A model generated the notes under the pieces. That model saw only the letters and a list, made by a program, of their open reading frames with translations, did no database searches and was not told the DNA's origin. From Basidioascus undulatus (lineage: Eukaryota), in the NCBI GenBank assembly GCA_000826855.1, contig JTLS01000075.1:1-34484 (forward strand): a stretch of DNA of 34,484 bases, in the 5' to 3' direction. The translations under genes and the position numbers were made by a program. How positions within the stretch are numbered: the first letter of the stretch is position 1; each line of letters begins with the position of its first letter. Shown here piece after piece: positions 1-11,348 of the stretch.

Positions 1-32
1 AAAAAAAAAAAAAAAAAAAGGCAAACAACGAT

Positions 33-2402
33 CTAGTACCCTCTCCTGAGCCTCTCGTTCTCCCTCCTGAGCCTCTCGTTCTCGCCCCGGAGCTCCTGCA
101 GCTCCCCCAAAAAGCCCTCCACGACCTCGTGGACCTCCCTGCGCGTGGCGCGCTTGCTGCGAAGCATCTCCATCTGGAGTTCGCGCATCCCGAGGCGCAT
201 CTCGGCGTGATACGACTCCACGACGTCCGCGATGAGCGCGCGCAGGGCGTCGTGCGTTGACTGCGCCTGGCCCCCTCCCCCTGCAGCGCGGCGCGGGGTG
301 AGCGCGGTGCTGTGGGGGTGGGTCGGGCGCGAGGGCGAGAGCGCGAGGGAGGGGTCCCGGTTGCGGCGCGTGGGTGGGTGTGGGGCGTCTGTCGGCGGGG
401 GATGGCGCTCGCGTAGGAGGGCGGCGGGGATGACAGGAGGGTCGTCGCGCTCGGGCGAGGGCGCACACTCCGCATCGTCCCAGACGACGCCTTTGCGCGC
501 GCGGCTCGACCCGCTGCTCGTGCTCGCGCGCTCGGACGTGCGGCGCGGCGGCGAGGCGGGCGCGGGGGGCTGCGGAGGCTTGTCCGGGAAGAGGTGCTCG
601 GCTGTTTCGAGCGAGCGGCGGCGCGCACGGCGGCGCGCATCAGAGGAGGAGGACGAGGGGGCGGAGGTGGTGGTAGGGAGGGAAGGGAGGGCTGTAAAGG
701 CAGGAAGGATCAGATGCTGAATTGGCGAGGATTTGGAGGGGAGAGCGAAGGAGGAAGACGTACGCGAAGAACTTCGGCCGTGGCGCGATGGTTCGGGCTC
801 GGCGTGCTTCGCAGGCGCGGAGAAGACGTTGTCTGGATCGGGCATCACGGACGGGGAGTGCTCGCGTTCTTTGCCCTTGCCCTTGATCGAGGACGGGCCG
901 GGGGCCGAGGCGGGAGGCTGTTGAGCGTTCTCGATGGGCTGGAGGGCGCGCTGGCTTGACGGTGAGGGCATGGCGGACTTCTTGCTGCTGGTTTTGGGCT
1001 GTGGGTTACAGAGAGCGGCGTCGTCAGTTTTCGTTACTAGAGAAGATTGCCTGGATCAGGTGAGAAACGCACAGCAAATGCGATAGACGTGACCGCTGCG
1101 GACGTCTCGATATTGACTTCGAGCGGGGGCGAGCTGAGCGAGCGCAGGTTCTGGATGAAGACGGTACCTTAAGAACGGGAACCAGCGAGCGTACGTGAGC
1201 AGGGCTGATTGCGAACAGAATTGGAGAGGAAAGACACACCTTTCTCCGACCCCGCAGCAAGCACGGCGCCGTCGAATGCCAGGCACGTCAACGGGAGCTT
1301 GAGCTCGATGCTCTTGATCACGCTGCGACGTACGCCCCCCACTCAATCAGCATCTCACCTCAGTGTCTAGTCGCTCGGCCAACACACCTCTTCTTCTCCA
1401 GATCCACCAGTCGCACGACGCCGTCCGCCCCGGCTGTAGCGACGAGAATCTTGGCGGCCGGGGAGAAGGCAATGCCCGTCACTGCGCCCTTGTGTAGGTT
1501 CGAGAGGACGAGGGACGGGGTCGAGGGCCGCGTCGTGTCGTGCTGCAGGAGCGTGCCAGATGCGGTTCCCGTGAGGAGGAGCGTGCGCCGGTGCGGGGAG
1601 AAGGCGGTGGTGGTGAGGGGCTGCCGGAGAAGAGGCGGTCAGAGGCGGGGGAAGACGGAAGACGAAGATATATGGAGAAACATGAGGACGCACTTCGCGC
1701 GGCTTGTAGTTCATGCTCTGGTGCGTGCCCGTCCCGAGGTTGTGGACCAGCAGGACACCGGCCTTGGAGCAGCTTGCGAGGAGCTGGCTGTCGAGGTTAA
1801 GGCTCGCGCTTGTAATGAGCCCGGTGTGTCCCTGGAATTCCCCGGTTCAGTACCGTCCTCGCCTTCCGAAGAGCAAGTGAGCCAGCCCCACCTCGTGTAT
1901 GGACGTCAGTCGCCGCCCCCCCATATCGTAGCTGTACAGCTTCGTCTCGCGCGCAAAGATGACACTCTCAGGCGAACGAGATGAGGTGACGAGCACGAGG
2001 ATCGCATCCGTCCCCTTTACGCTCTGTACGGAAGCCGCACCGCCCACCGTCAGCCTCGCTGTTGGCTCTTGACAGAAGCAAGCCGAACGGACCTTGGCCG
2101 GCGCGACCACCTCCCCCATGAAGTCCCCCTCCGCGCTATACCGCGCCACTCCTCCCTCCCCGGCTGTCAAGAAACCTGATGGAAAGCTTGTTCAGCCCCC
2201 AGGACGCTCGGCGAGCGAGCTTGGATGCCAGCTGACCATCTTTGCAAAACAGGATCTGACGCACGCCTTTGCGCGCGGAGGTGAGCGGGACGGCTCGCCG
2301 CGGGGTGCTGGTGTTGACGTTGATGAGGGAGAGCGTAGAGGAGGTGCTGGCTAGGAGGGCGGGCTTCGCGGGTGGCCTGGATGTTGGTATTGGAGAAGGC
2401 AT
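33..2402 (-). CDS. NEDD1-like WD40-repeat protein with low-complexity middle and C-terminal coiled coil (multi-exon)
   Basis: ATG at 2402 (MPSPIPTSRPPAKPALLASTSSTLSLINV). Spliced exons give WD40-like segments (LTTTAFSPHRRTLLLTGTASGTLLQHD; HKGAVTGIAFSPAAKILVATAGADGVVRLVDLE; LPLTCLAFDGAVLAAG). The long last exon ends ...MRELQMEMLR...LQELRGENERLRRENERLRRGY*, resembling the NEDD1/GCP-WD C-terminus. Internal exon boundaries are approximate. Confidence 0.65.
43..83. repeat. 21-bp tandem duplication encoding ENERLRR twice in the C-terminal coiled coil
   Basis: ctcctgagcctctcgttctc(c) at 43-63 and again at 64-83. Confidence 0.85.
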
Positions 2403-3299
2403 GGGTCGAGCGGAGACGGGAGATGAGGGTGCGGTGGGAGGCTGTATGCGTGGTGCGGATCGTGTTGGCAAAAGTGTGGATGATCCTGGGCTGGGTATAT
2501 ACAGAATGAGCGATAAGATGAGGAGGATGCTTGAGATGATGGTCCGCAGTTGAGAAGCGCACGACGAAACTCCTTCAACTCTTCCTGATCCGCGACGGTA
2601 CGCGGCGCGTACGATCATGACAGGTCACGTGATCCGTTTTGCCTCCCAGCGGATTAATATTATGCAGCGGAAATTTAGCATCTCGCTTATTAAGGCTGAA
2701 AGAGCTGAATGCCGCCGGTGAATGCCAGAAGAGCCATAGGAAGTGGCCGGTACAAAAGTAAAATGCTTGCTCGACCCGTGAATCGAACACGGGGCGGGTC
2801 GAATTTCGAATGGCAACGACCCAGGTTACCACTACCCCAGCCGAGCGATGTTAAGAAGAGTGATAACATAAATAGATATTCCGTCCCTCGAATATGCCAT
2901 GATAGTTGTTCACACACCCGCACAATATTTTAATAAACGATACGGGGCTTTATTTGATCGAGAGCCAGGGGACGCTGGACGAGAATGAGAACAGCGTTCT
3001 TCGCAGACTGCCCGGTGACAGCTTCGTTTCACCTCGGTGTTGCCGGACAGTTGGCGTCTCACCCTTTTCTCACTCTTGTCTTCTGCGTCCATGTTCCGTG
3101 CAGCATCCCTTCTCTTCCCTCCCAGCTCGTTGCGTTTACCACCCGCTCGATCACATCGACCTAGTTGTACACCTATCAACCTCAAATCCGGCTGTGGACT
3201 CGCTCGCGTCATCCTCGCTCGTCTCAATCTCACGCATTCAAACCCATCGATCACATTTCCCGAGGGCTTCACCATCGCTTTTTTACTCTAGCACCCAAG

Positions 3300-4057
3300 A
3301 TGCCTCCCTCATCCTCAATTACTCCAGAGGTCCAAGCCCAGCTTGAGGAGTTTTTCCAGGTGCGTGTCTCACGCATGCACGCTCCGCCCGTTCGCGCACG
3401 GAAGATCTCGGCTCACGAAACATGACTTCGGTTCACAGGAAGAGCTGGAATGGGCATTGAGCGGGTCCCCAAACGCATGATTGGGGTGTTCGTGTGCCGG
3501 GTGGGTATCTCGGCTCAAGCGTGCGGGCAGTGCGTCTCGCCAAATCATTCAATCACCTTCGTACAAACGCTCACCCTCACCGCCCTGCCTCCCCGACACT
3601 CTCTCCAAGATGGTTCCGGAACCGATATGCGGTGCACCTCAGTGTCCCTCGCGCGCAGCGCAAGACGCCCGCCTATATCGCATCCCTCCGAGCGGTCTTC
3701 GCGCTGCGCCCGCACCCGTCGCTGTGGGAGCAGCAGCAGCTCGTGCTCAACACGGGGCTCGACCGCCGGCAGGTCTCGGCGTGGTTCCAGAACCAGCCGA
3801 AAAGCACCGGATCTATGCAGCGGACGCGGTGTTTATTGGGGACGGTGGGACGGACAGGAACGAGGCTGCGAGGGTTTGGAGAGTGCGTATGCTTGATACG
3901 GGGGAGGGGGGGATGGGTGAGTGGAAGGTGCTGACTTGGAGATTGGGATCCTGTGGTTGTGGGAGAAGTGATCAAGGACACGCCTGAGGAGGAGCGGTCG
4001 ATGCAGGCGTGGGACGCTTGGCATGAGGAACGCGTACGTCTAGCTTGGATAGGTTGA
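3300..4057 (+). pseudogene. Tandem double-homeodomain gene with apparent frame disruptions (possibly degenerate)
   Basis: Exon 1 from ATG 3300 reads MPPSSSITPEVQAQLEEFFQ (helix-1-like). Splicing intron 3530-3609 gives ...RVGISAQACGQWFRNR. A second homeodomain with canonical spacing follows: KTPAYIASLRAVFALRPHPSLWEQQQLVLNTGLDRRQVSAWFQNQ. The best intron-1 sites (3360/3438) are out of frame, and an extra C near 3797 gives P instead of R53. Confidence 0.65.
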
Positions 4058-4797
4058 TACTGAGCGGCCTTTATCGGGATGGGACTTTACTTTTACAGTT
4101 ATGGGAGCGCCAAGAGGCTCAAGCGGCGAAGGCGGAGGCGGAGGCTGCTGCCGTTACTGCCGTTGCTCCTGCAGATAGCACCGAGTGAAGGATGACAGAC
4201 TGCGAACGGCTTCTCTTCAAAGTCGTATAATTCAGTACAGGAACAGCATTGTGGCTCGTGGAGTTGCACTTGAGGAATGCCATCGTGATTGGTCATGGGT
4301 CCCAACATTATCGACTGCGCTCGTAAGAACACAGTGTTGGTGACTTCGACAGTTGGTTCGACGACTCGCTTTATTGCGTACATCAAACACAGCCTTGTTT
4401 GAGTACAAAAGTATGCCCATATCTAAGTGTCTCCTTTCCTAGACCAACACAGGGCCACCACTGTGCCCAACTAGCACCCCTGACTCGCAGCGCCACCAGC
4501 GTGCGAGCTGCCAAAAGCGGATGGACCTGCAGTCCGTGCGGCTGAAAAAGAAGTTGTTCGAGCTTGCTGATACTTAAGTACTTTATCATGTATTTCTCTG
4601 AAGCATCTGGCCATCGAGGCCACCAAAGAGGTGACACAGGAGCTAAGGAGCTAAAAATGTAGCACGCGGTTGCGCGATTTCTAGTCATCTTGCCTTTCTC
4701 GTTTCCTAAGGACACCGTCGCACGTCGCGTGTCAAGGCAAATGCGGTCTATGGTGGTGTCATGCTAACGTGCAACCCCGACGGCGTCCAATCAACCC

Positions 4798-6972
4798 TCA
4801 ATCCTCGTCCTCGTCCATCTCCCCATCACTCTCCGCTGCCAGCCCAAACTCGCCCGCGTCGTCCTCGTCGGTATAGCCGCTCCAGACCGTCCACAGGGCC
4901 TCCTCAGCCTCGCGCACGTCGTCCTTGCCCGGCCCGCCCGCGCGCACGCCGTATCGCAGTGCAGGCGAGCCGAGCAGGGATGCAAAGTGCTTGACAATGT
5001 GACGGGGGGCGGTGGAGGAGGAAAGGGAAGAGAAAATCGGGAGCGGTGCGGTGGAGTAGGGGAAGATAGCGGGGTGGGAGGAGGGCAAGGGATAGGGGAG
5101 GGAGACGAGCGTGCTGGTAGAGAGGGGAAGATGAGCGTTTCGGTACTCAAACACCCCCGTTGCGAAGTGCATTACTCACCGTGACAGCAGGGGTTCGCGC
5201 AGGCGGGTGAGCGGCTTGAGTGTTTCGTCCGCCTGCGTCTTCGCAAGCGGCATTTCCGTGCGAATCACATTGGACTCTGCGAATGGGGTGTCCTGTCGCC
5301 TCACAATCAGCGCGTTTTGTCAACTTTCACGGCGAGATGCTGTGCGAACCTCCCGGTCTTCCTTTGCCGATGGAAGCTCCCACTTCGAAAAGTCGAACAT
5401 CCGCTGCCGAAGCGTGTCGGCAGTCAGCGGAAGCGGCAGCGGCAGAGCGCCGGAAAGGGACGCGATCTTGTTCCCGCCCCGCCAGTTGAGCCGATTGGCG
5501 ACAGTCGGGAGATGAATCGGGTCGTTGCGGAGCCTTCAAGAGCTCAAAATTAGCTTGGAGCTTGCGCAACTCGATCATGAAAAGTTTGATCGCACCGGAA
5601 AGGGAGCGTGGCCGACTCGATATGCGCATTAAGGATGGCTGAGGTGTGGTAGAGATCCTTGAACTGCCAGCGACAAGATGAGCAGCACCCTCGCAGCAGC
5701 AGTGCGGGCTTGGACATACGTTCGCCCGCATGCCCTTCGACCACTCCCCCGCTTTCCACTCCTCTCCGGGTCTCAGCGGGACCACGATGCTCGACAGATC
5801 CTCCAGCTTTTGCAGCGCAAGGCTCTCATTCATTGCCTAAGCCCCAGTGGGTCAGCTGCGGAGTCATTTTACACGAACGCAACAGCACAGCACTCACCTG
5901 TACGTCGGCTGAAAGGCCTTCGATCCGCGGTGCATACTGAGTAAAAGTGAGCATCGATGCTTTCGGATGCTCGTCGCGCAGGTGAGAGAGGAACGAAGTG
6001 GAGAGGCCCGAGAAGGCGTCCGAGACATCTGCTGAGATTTGGAAACCCTGCGCGAGGGTTCAGTGGGAAAACGGACGTTGCGGTGAAGATAGCTAGATGC
6101 GCACCTGCAGGAGATCACACTCTTCAACGAACGACCGGAAGTCCTCCTCCATAACGGACGTTTCCTGAAGGTCGACCGTCAAACCATTAGTATCGCCACC
6201 AAGTCCGGCACGATCAAGGGTCGGAGCGCACCTTCTCGTACTCGACCAGCACTTCCTCTCCAAGATTCCACCCATCAAATCCCAGGCCGGTACCGCTTCC
6301 AGCGGGCTGCCAGCACGGAATCTGCTGCAGTGTACGAGGGTGGAAGAACGTCCGGTTGAAGTCCGACCACGTGCGCACGGCCTCGGGTGGCGAGATCGCG
6401 GACGGGTCTGCTGCTGTTTCGAGCGCGTCTTGATAGGACGATGCCGGAATCGGAGGGCGAGCAAGGAGAGTTTCGAGTGGGGCACTGTGACGTGGGAGCG
6501 GAGTGAGCGTTCTGGCGGGAGCGAGGATTGAACAGCACGTACCCGGAATACGGGTCAACGTCCATCGAGATGGGCTCCGCGCCAGTGGGGTCGTACATGT
6601 CGTTAACACGTTTCATAGCGCCGATGTTGGCTGCGGGTGAGTGTGAGTGAGCGCCATCGCCAACGGGGGGCGAAGACCTCATGTCTCGTACCTTTAAGGT
6701 CGAAGAGCAGCAACCTCGGCATGTACGTCTCGCTCCCGTCCCAGCCGCGTCCTTCCCTCCACGACACATCGTGCAGAACCGGAGGATCTTCCTCAGAAGC
6801 TCCAAACGTGAAGTAGCTCTCCTGTTTGGAGATCGATGACCGTCAAAATATGCACGACAGGAACTGAAGAGAGCTCAGGGCGCCCGAGAAGAATTTGCAC
6901 CTGAGCGTTGAAGAAATGCACGGTCTGGTACGCTGAGCGATTCCCGAACGAGAGATACACGATCTCGTGCAT
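4798..6972 (-). CDS. DML1: Misato/DML1 tubulin-like protein (multi-exon)
   Basis: N-terminus [28 protein letters not shown] (Misato segment II). Internal [21 protein letters not shown] and [16 protein letters not shown]. Acidic C-terminus ...[28 protein letters not shown]. Confidence 0.92.
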
Positions 6973-8308
6973 ATTGATCGATTGTCGAGGAAGGGAACGA
7001 AGGATTGAAGGTCAGGTCAGTAGCGTGAGGAAACAAGGTGATGGTCAAAGGTCAAGATTATTTGCCGGGCAGAGCGCAGTTGACGCCGGTGGTGCAACGT
7101 TCCGCCAGAAGGGGATTCACCGTCTCAGTATAATTGAGTCAATGTCACACGCAGAATTATTAATATTTTTAATCATTTTTAAACGTAACCTGGACCGACT
7201 CGTCAGAAACCCATCGTGAAGCGGTTGACCAGCGGGAAATCGCCCTTACATGTGTCAATCGAAGGTCAAGCTTACTCTCGGATTTTCGAGACACTTTCAG
7301 TGTGCCTTTCCCCTGCCCATTTTCTTTTTTGGTTCTCTGCAAAGTTGGGGCGCCACCCGTGTTGACTTTCCTGACTATTTCATGGACGACTGCCAGACGC
7401 TTCAGCTTTTGCTATGGATTATTGTCAATGTCTTCAACACTTGATGGCTAAAGACCAAGTACTATACAGAAACCAGGCCATCCCATTCCCAGGACACACA
7501 CAGAGTTTGGAGCAAGTTCATAGTCGATAATGGCAGACGTCTGCCGCGATTCAGACGGGTGTGCCTTGATGGTCCATGACGGCCTGCCATCGTGCCCGCC
7601 AAATTCTGACAAGACTAAGTCCAGTACCCAAAATAATGTGGGCCAGGAAAGGTAAAAGCTTTCACTAGTATTCTAAGTCATACACACATACATGAGCGCC
7701 CCCTCCAAGGTCGGGTTTCCTTACACGCAGTTGCGAACCTCGGTGTTATGCCCTCATGCCTGCTTATGTTGAGTAGTGACAGCTAGCTACTGTAAGTAAG
7801 ATCAAGAGAGTTACACCTGCAGCTAGCTGAGTTCCCATCTGGACAGCAACACTGTACTTGTCGCTGGCCCCCCAAGGGTGCTGCAAGGTGACAACACGGC
7901 CTGAAGCCGGCCTGGCTCAGACCCCATGGCTCAGTTTATTTGCACAGCACTGCATGGATCAACCTCAGAAAAGTCAAGATGAGCTGGATCGTGTGCGGCT
8001 TTGTGAAAACAAGGGCCAACTCCGGACTCGTCACTCCGACACTGCCGGCAGTGTCGGAGTACCAATTTTCACTTCAGCATGTTTTGACCACAAGAAACTC
8101 TCTGTTCTCTTGGAGACCCAAATGATGTCCTCTGATATTGTGTGTGTGCGTGGTCGGTATACCGGAATGCTCGAGCAGTTGCGCTTTCTGAAATTAGAAT
8201 GCATCGGCGTCACCGGCGCGGCGGCCGGGACTGAGCCAGCTCTGGCAGGGGCCGGTCGGCTTTGGTCCGCCTCGTCTTCCCACCGCCATCTCGCATCTCT
8301 CCCAGAGC

Positions 8309-11145
8309 ATGGCACCCTCATCGGCATCAGCGCTCAGTGCGCCGTCAAGGCGATCGCTCGTTCGCAATGCACTGTCCTCTGTTCTGACTTACGACAACGC
8401 TCGCACGCTCGTGTTTTGGTGGATTCTGTACACCTACGCGATTCGGGCTCTTCGGCATCTCAAGATTTACGGCATCACGACGACAGCGCTGCAGGTGTAC
8501 CAGTGGCTGTCGAGGGTAAGCGCAGGAATACACTATTCGTTCTCAATGTCCGAGCGCTTAGCCGAGCCTCCCCCTCACTCCCCCCTCCTCTCTCAGAACG
8601 TCTTGCTGCTCGCGCTGCGCATGCCGCAAGCGAAGCGCAAGGTCGAGGCTGAGCTCGGCCAGGCCCTCGCCGACCTCGAAAACAAGATGGTCGTGCGAGA
8701 CCCCAAGCTCCCGCGGCTCCTTCAGCTGCCACAGAAGGGAGCGTCCCGCGAGGAGGTGGATGCGCAACTCGAGCTGCTGGGAGGTCTGTCGCATCCGGCT
8801 TGGGAGGAGGGCAAGGTCTCGGGGGCGGTTTATCATGGCGGTGCGGAGATTAATGAGTGAGTGAAGTTTTGAGAATTTGGCCTTGGAAGGTGGAACACTC
8901 ACGGACACCGGTAGGGTCATCCTCAACGCGTTCAAGCGTTTTACAGTCTCGAACCCGCTTCACCCTGGTGCGTTACCTCAGAGGAGCGAAGGAATGACTG
9001 TCGTACTAATCTCGCGAGTATAGATGTGTTCCCCGGCGTACGAGCAATGGAGGCCCAGGTTGTCAAGATGGTTCTTTCGATGTTCGTCCTGTCCATTACG
9101 AGAGTGCAAAGGGCACGACTGATCAGTCTGCTCGCAGGTACAACGCGCCGGAGGAGGGTGCAGGAGCCACCACATCGGGAGGCACTGAGTCAATTTTGCT
9201 GGCGTGCTTGGCTTATCGCAACTGGGCCCGGGAGGTCAAGGGGATCAAGGAGCCTGAAATGTGCGTCAGTCCCACCCATTATCAACGGAAGCGTGGCTGA
9301 CTGTCAAACTTCCACAGGGTCGTCCCCGTCTCCGCCCACGCCGCATTCCACAAGGTTATATCTTCGTTGCTACTCGTTTACCTCCGTTTCTAACTGAGCC
9401 GTTGCTTTTCCCAGGCGTCGCATTACTTCGGCATCAAGATTCGACAGGTGCCCGTGGACTCTCATACCCGCAAAGCGAGCGTCAAACATGTCGCACGGGC
9501 GATGTGCGTCTTCCCCGCTCCCTCCCCCCGCTCGCGGCCCATCTGTCTCCGTCATCCCAACGTACCGGCTCGGCTAACTGTCTACCGCCATTCTCTGACA
9601 TGACAGCAATCGCAACACGTGCATGATCGTCGGATCGGCGCCGAACTTCCCTGTGAGCATGCTTGCCGCCTGATAGTCACCCGCATTAACCCCCATCCAC
9701 CTGGGAAGGACGGCATTATCGACGACATCCCCGCAATGGCTATCCTAGCCAAGAAGCATGGCATCGGAATGCATGGTGCGTTGTCTCCCTTTTTGAAGCG
9801 TGGAACCTTTTAGCTGACCGTGCTACTCGACGCCGGCCGCCCGCAGTTGACTGCTGCCTAGGCAGCTTCATCGTGCCTTTCCTTGATAAGGCTGGTTTCC
9901 CAACCGAAGTACGTTCGCCTATGTGATCAGACTTTGACGGAGTTACTGACTTAGCTGGGCGCAGCCGTTCGACTTCCGCGTCGAAGGCGTGACGTCCATC
10001 TCGTGGTAGGTGTTGGCGCGCTTTGTTATCGATGGGTGTATAAGTTCTAAAACGTATTTTAATAGCGACAATCATAAGTACGCTTTCGCCGCGAAAGTAA
10101 GTGCGTTTTTCATGATAGCGAAGATGCCGCGTTAAACCGATGGCTGGTCGCAGGGCACTTCGGTCGTGATGTACGCGAACAAGGTACCATTCGATCTTAT
10201 CCCTCACGCATATTCGTGCATTTGCTGATGCAATGGATGGATCAGGACTGGCGCTCGTACCAATACTATTCTCAGCCCGACTGGGCGGGAGGTGTCTACG
10301 CGTCGCCGACTCTGGCTGGATCTCGGTGCGTCGCCGTCCCTTCGCCGCCCCTTTACGTTCACTTCACAACCACGCTCGCTCAATTGCCTGGTACCCACAG
10401 CCCAGGCGCGCTCATCGCCGCTGCGTGGGCCGTCATGTCTCACATCGGCGAGGACGGCTACATCGCGTCTTGTCGCGAGATCGTGGGTGCCGCGCGGACG
10501 CTCGAGACCCGCATCCGCGAGGAAATTCCGGAGCTCTACATTCTCGGCAAGCCGCTTGCGTCCGTAGTCGCGTTCGGCAGCGAGAAGCTCAACATCTACG
10601 AGGTGCATGCGAGCCGCCTCGAAGAAGCCTGAACCGAAGCGAGCATTCGACTGACCCGTTTGTGTGCGTTTTTGCAGGTAGGCGACCTGCTCAGCAAGCG
10701 CGGCTTCCACCTAGCTGCGATTGCAAACCCGCCCGCGCTGCACATCGCTGTAACGGTGCGTGCTCCTTCGCCTGCTGCTTGCTTCCCGCTCGGACTGATG
10801 CTGACGAGCCGCCCTTGCTACCTTTCTTTCAGCGCCTTACTGTTCCCGCCGTACCGCAGCTCATCGACGACCTCAAATGGGCGGTCAAGGAAGCAAAAAG
10901 CAAGCCGTCAGCCAAGGGGAGTCTCGTATCGCTTTACGGTGCGTCCAACAATGCCTTGTCTGTTATTGATTTGAGCTGAGATGTCGCTCCGGTCGGGCTC
11001 AGGATTGGGAACCTCGAGCGCTGTCGGGCCGACGATGGTTTCGCGCTTGGCAAAAGGTTTCCTGGTACGCAGCACCTCGCACACATATCGTCCGCACGGG
11101 TTGCTGATCACTGTGTGCGTTCAGGACGTTCTTTACGTCGCTTGA
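8309..11145 (+). CDS. DPL1: Sphingosine-1-phosphate lyase (PLP-dependent), about 19 exons
   Basis: N-terminal TM segment, then [119 protein letters not shown], ending GFLDVLYVA* at 11145. About 18 GT-AG introns restore the frame. Confidence 0.95.
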
Positions 11146-11348
11146 GAACCTTCTTTCTCGTGCTTCTTTTCCCTGTCCGTCACTTGAATACCACTTCTTC
11201 TCGCGTGCATGTATGCTGCAGTCTCGGCCGGCGGCCGCTGAGTCCCATAGCCCCTGTACACGCCCACGCGAGATGGTCTTGCGCGCGCGCGCCCACGCAG
11301 GATGGCTTCCGTGTCGGCATTTTTACACAAGCGTAGCCAAGTAAGATG

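Noticed and set aside
1..19. Poly-A as a retroelement tail
   Set aside because: It is cut by the window edge, lies just 3' of the WD40 gene stop, and has no associated element or TSD visible.
232..959. Long antisense or alternative-frame ORFs over GC-rich exons (also over PWWP, TOA1 and CPA1)
   Set aside because: These are shadow ORFs expected from high GC3 and low stop density, and their products are low-complexity.
2625..2632. TCACGTGA E-box between divergent genes
   Set aside because: A single 8-mer can occur by chance in 34 kb, and there is no supporting evidence.
3300..4057. Mating-type HD1/HD2 locus
   Set aside because: There is no divergently transcribed homeodomain partner (the neighbour is a WD40 gene), and the protein lacks the long N- and C-terminal regions typical of mating-type HD proteins.
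7000..8300. ORFs between DML1 and DPL1 (e.g. 7858-8652)
   Set aside because: No recognisable domain or coherent exon structure, so treated as divergent intergenic DNA.
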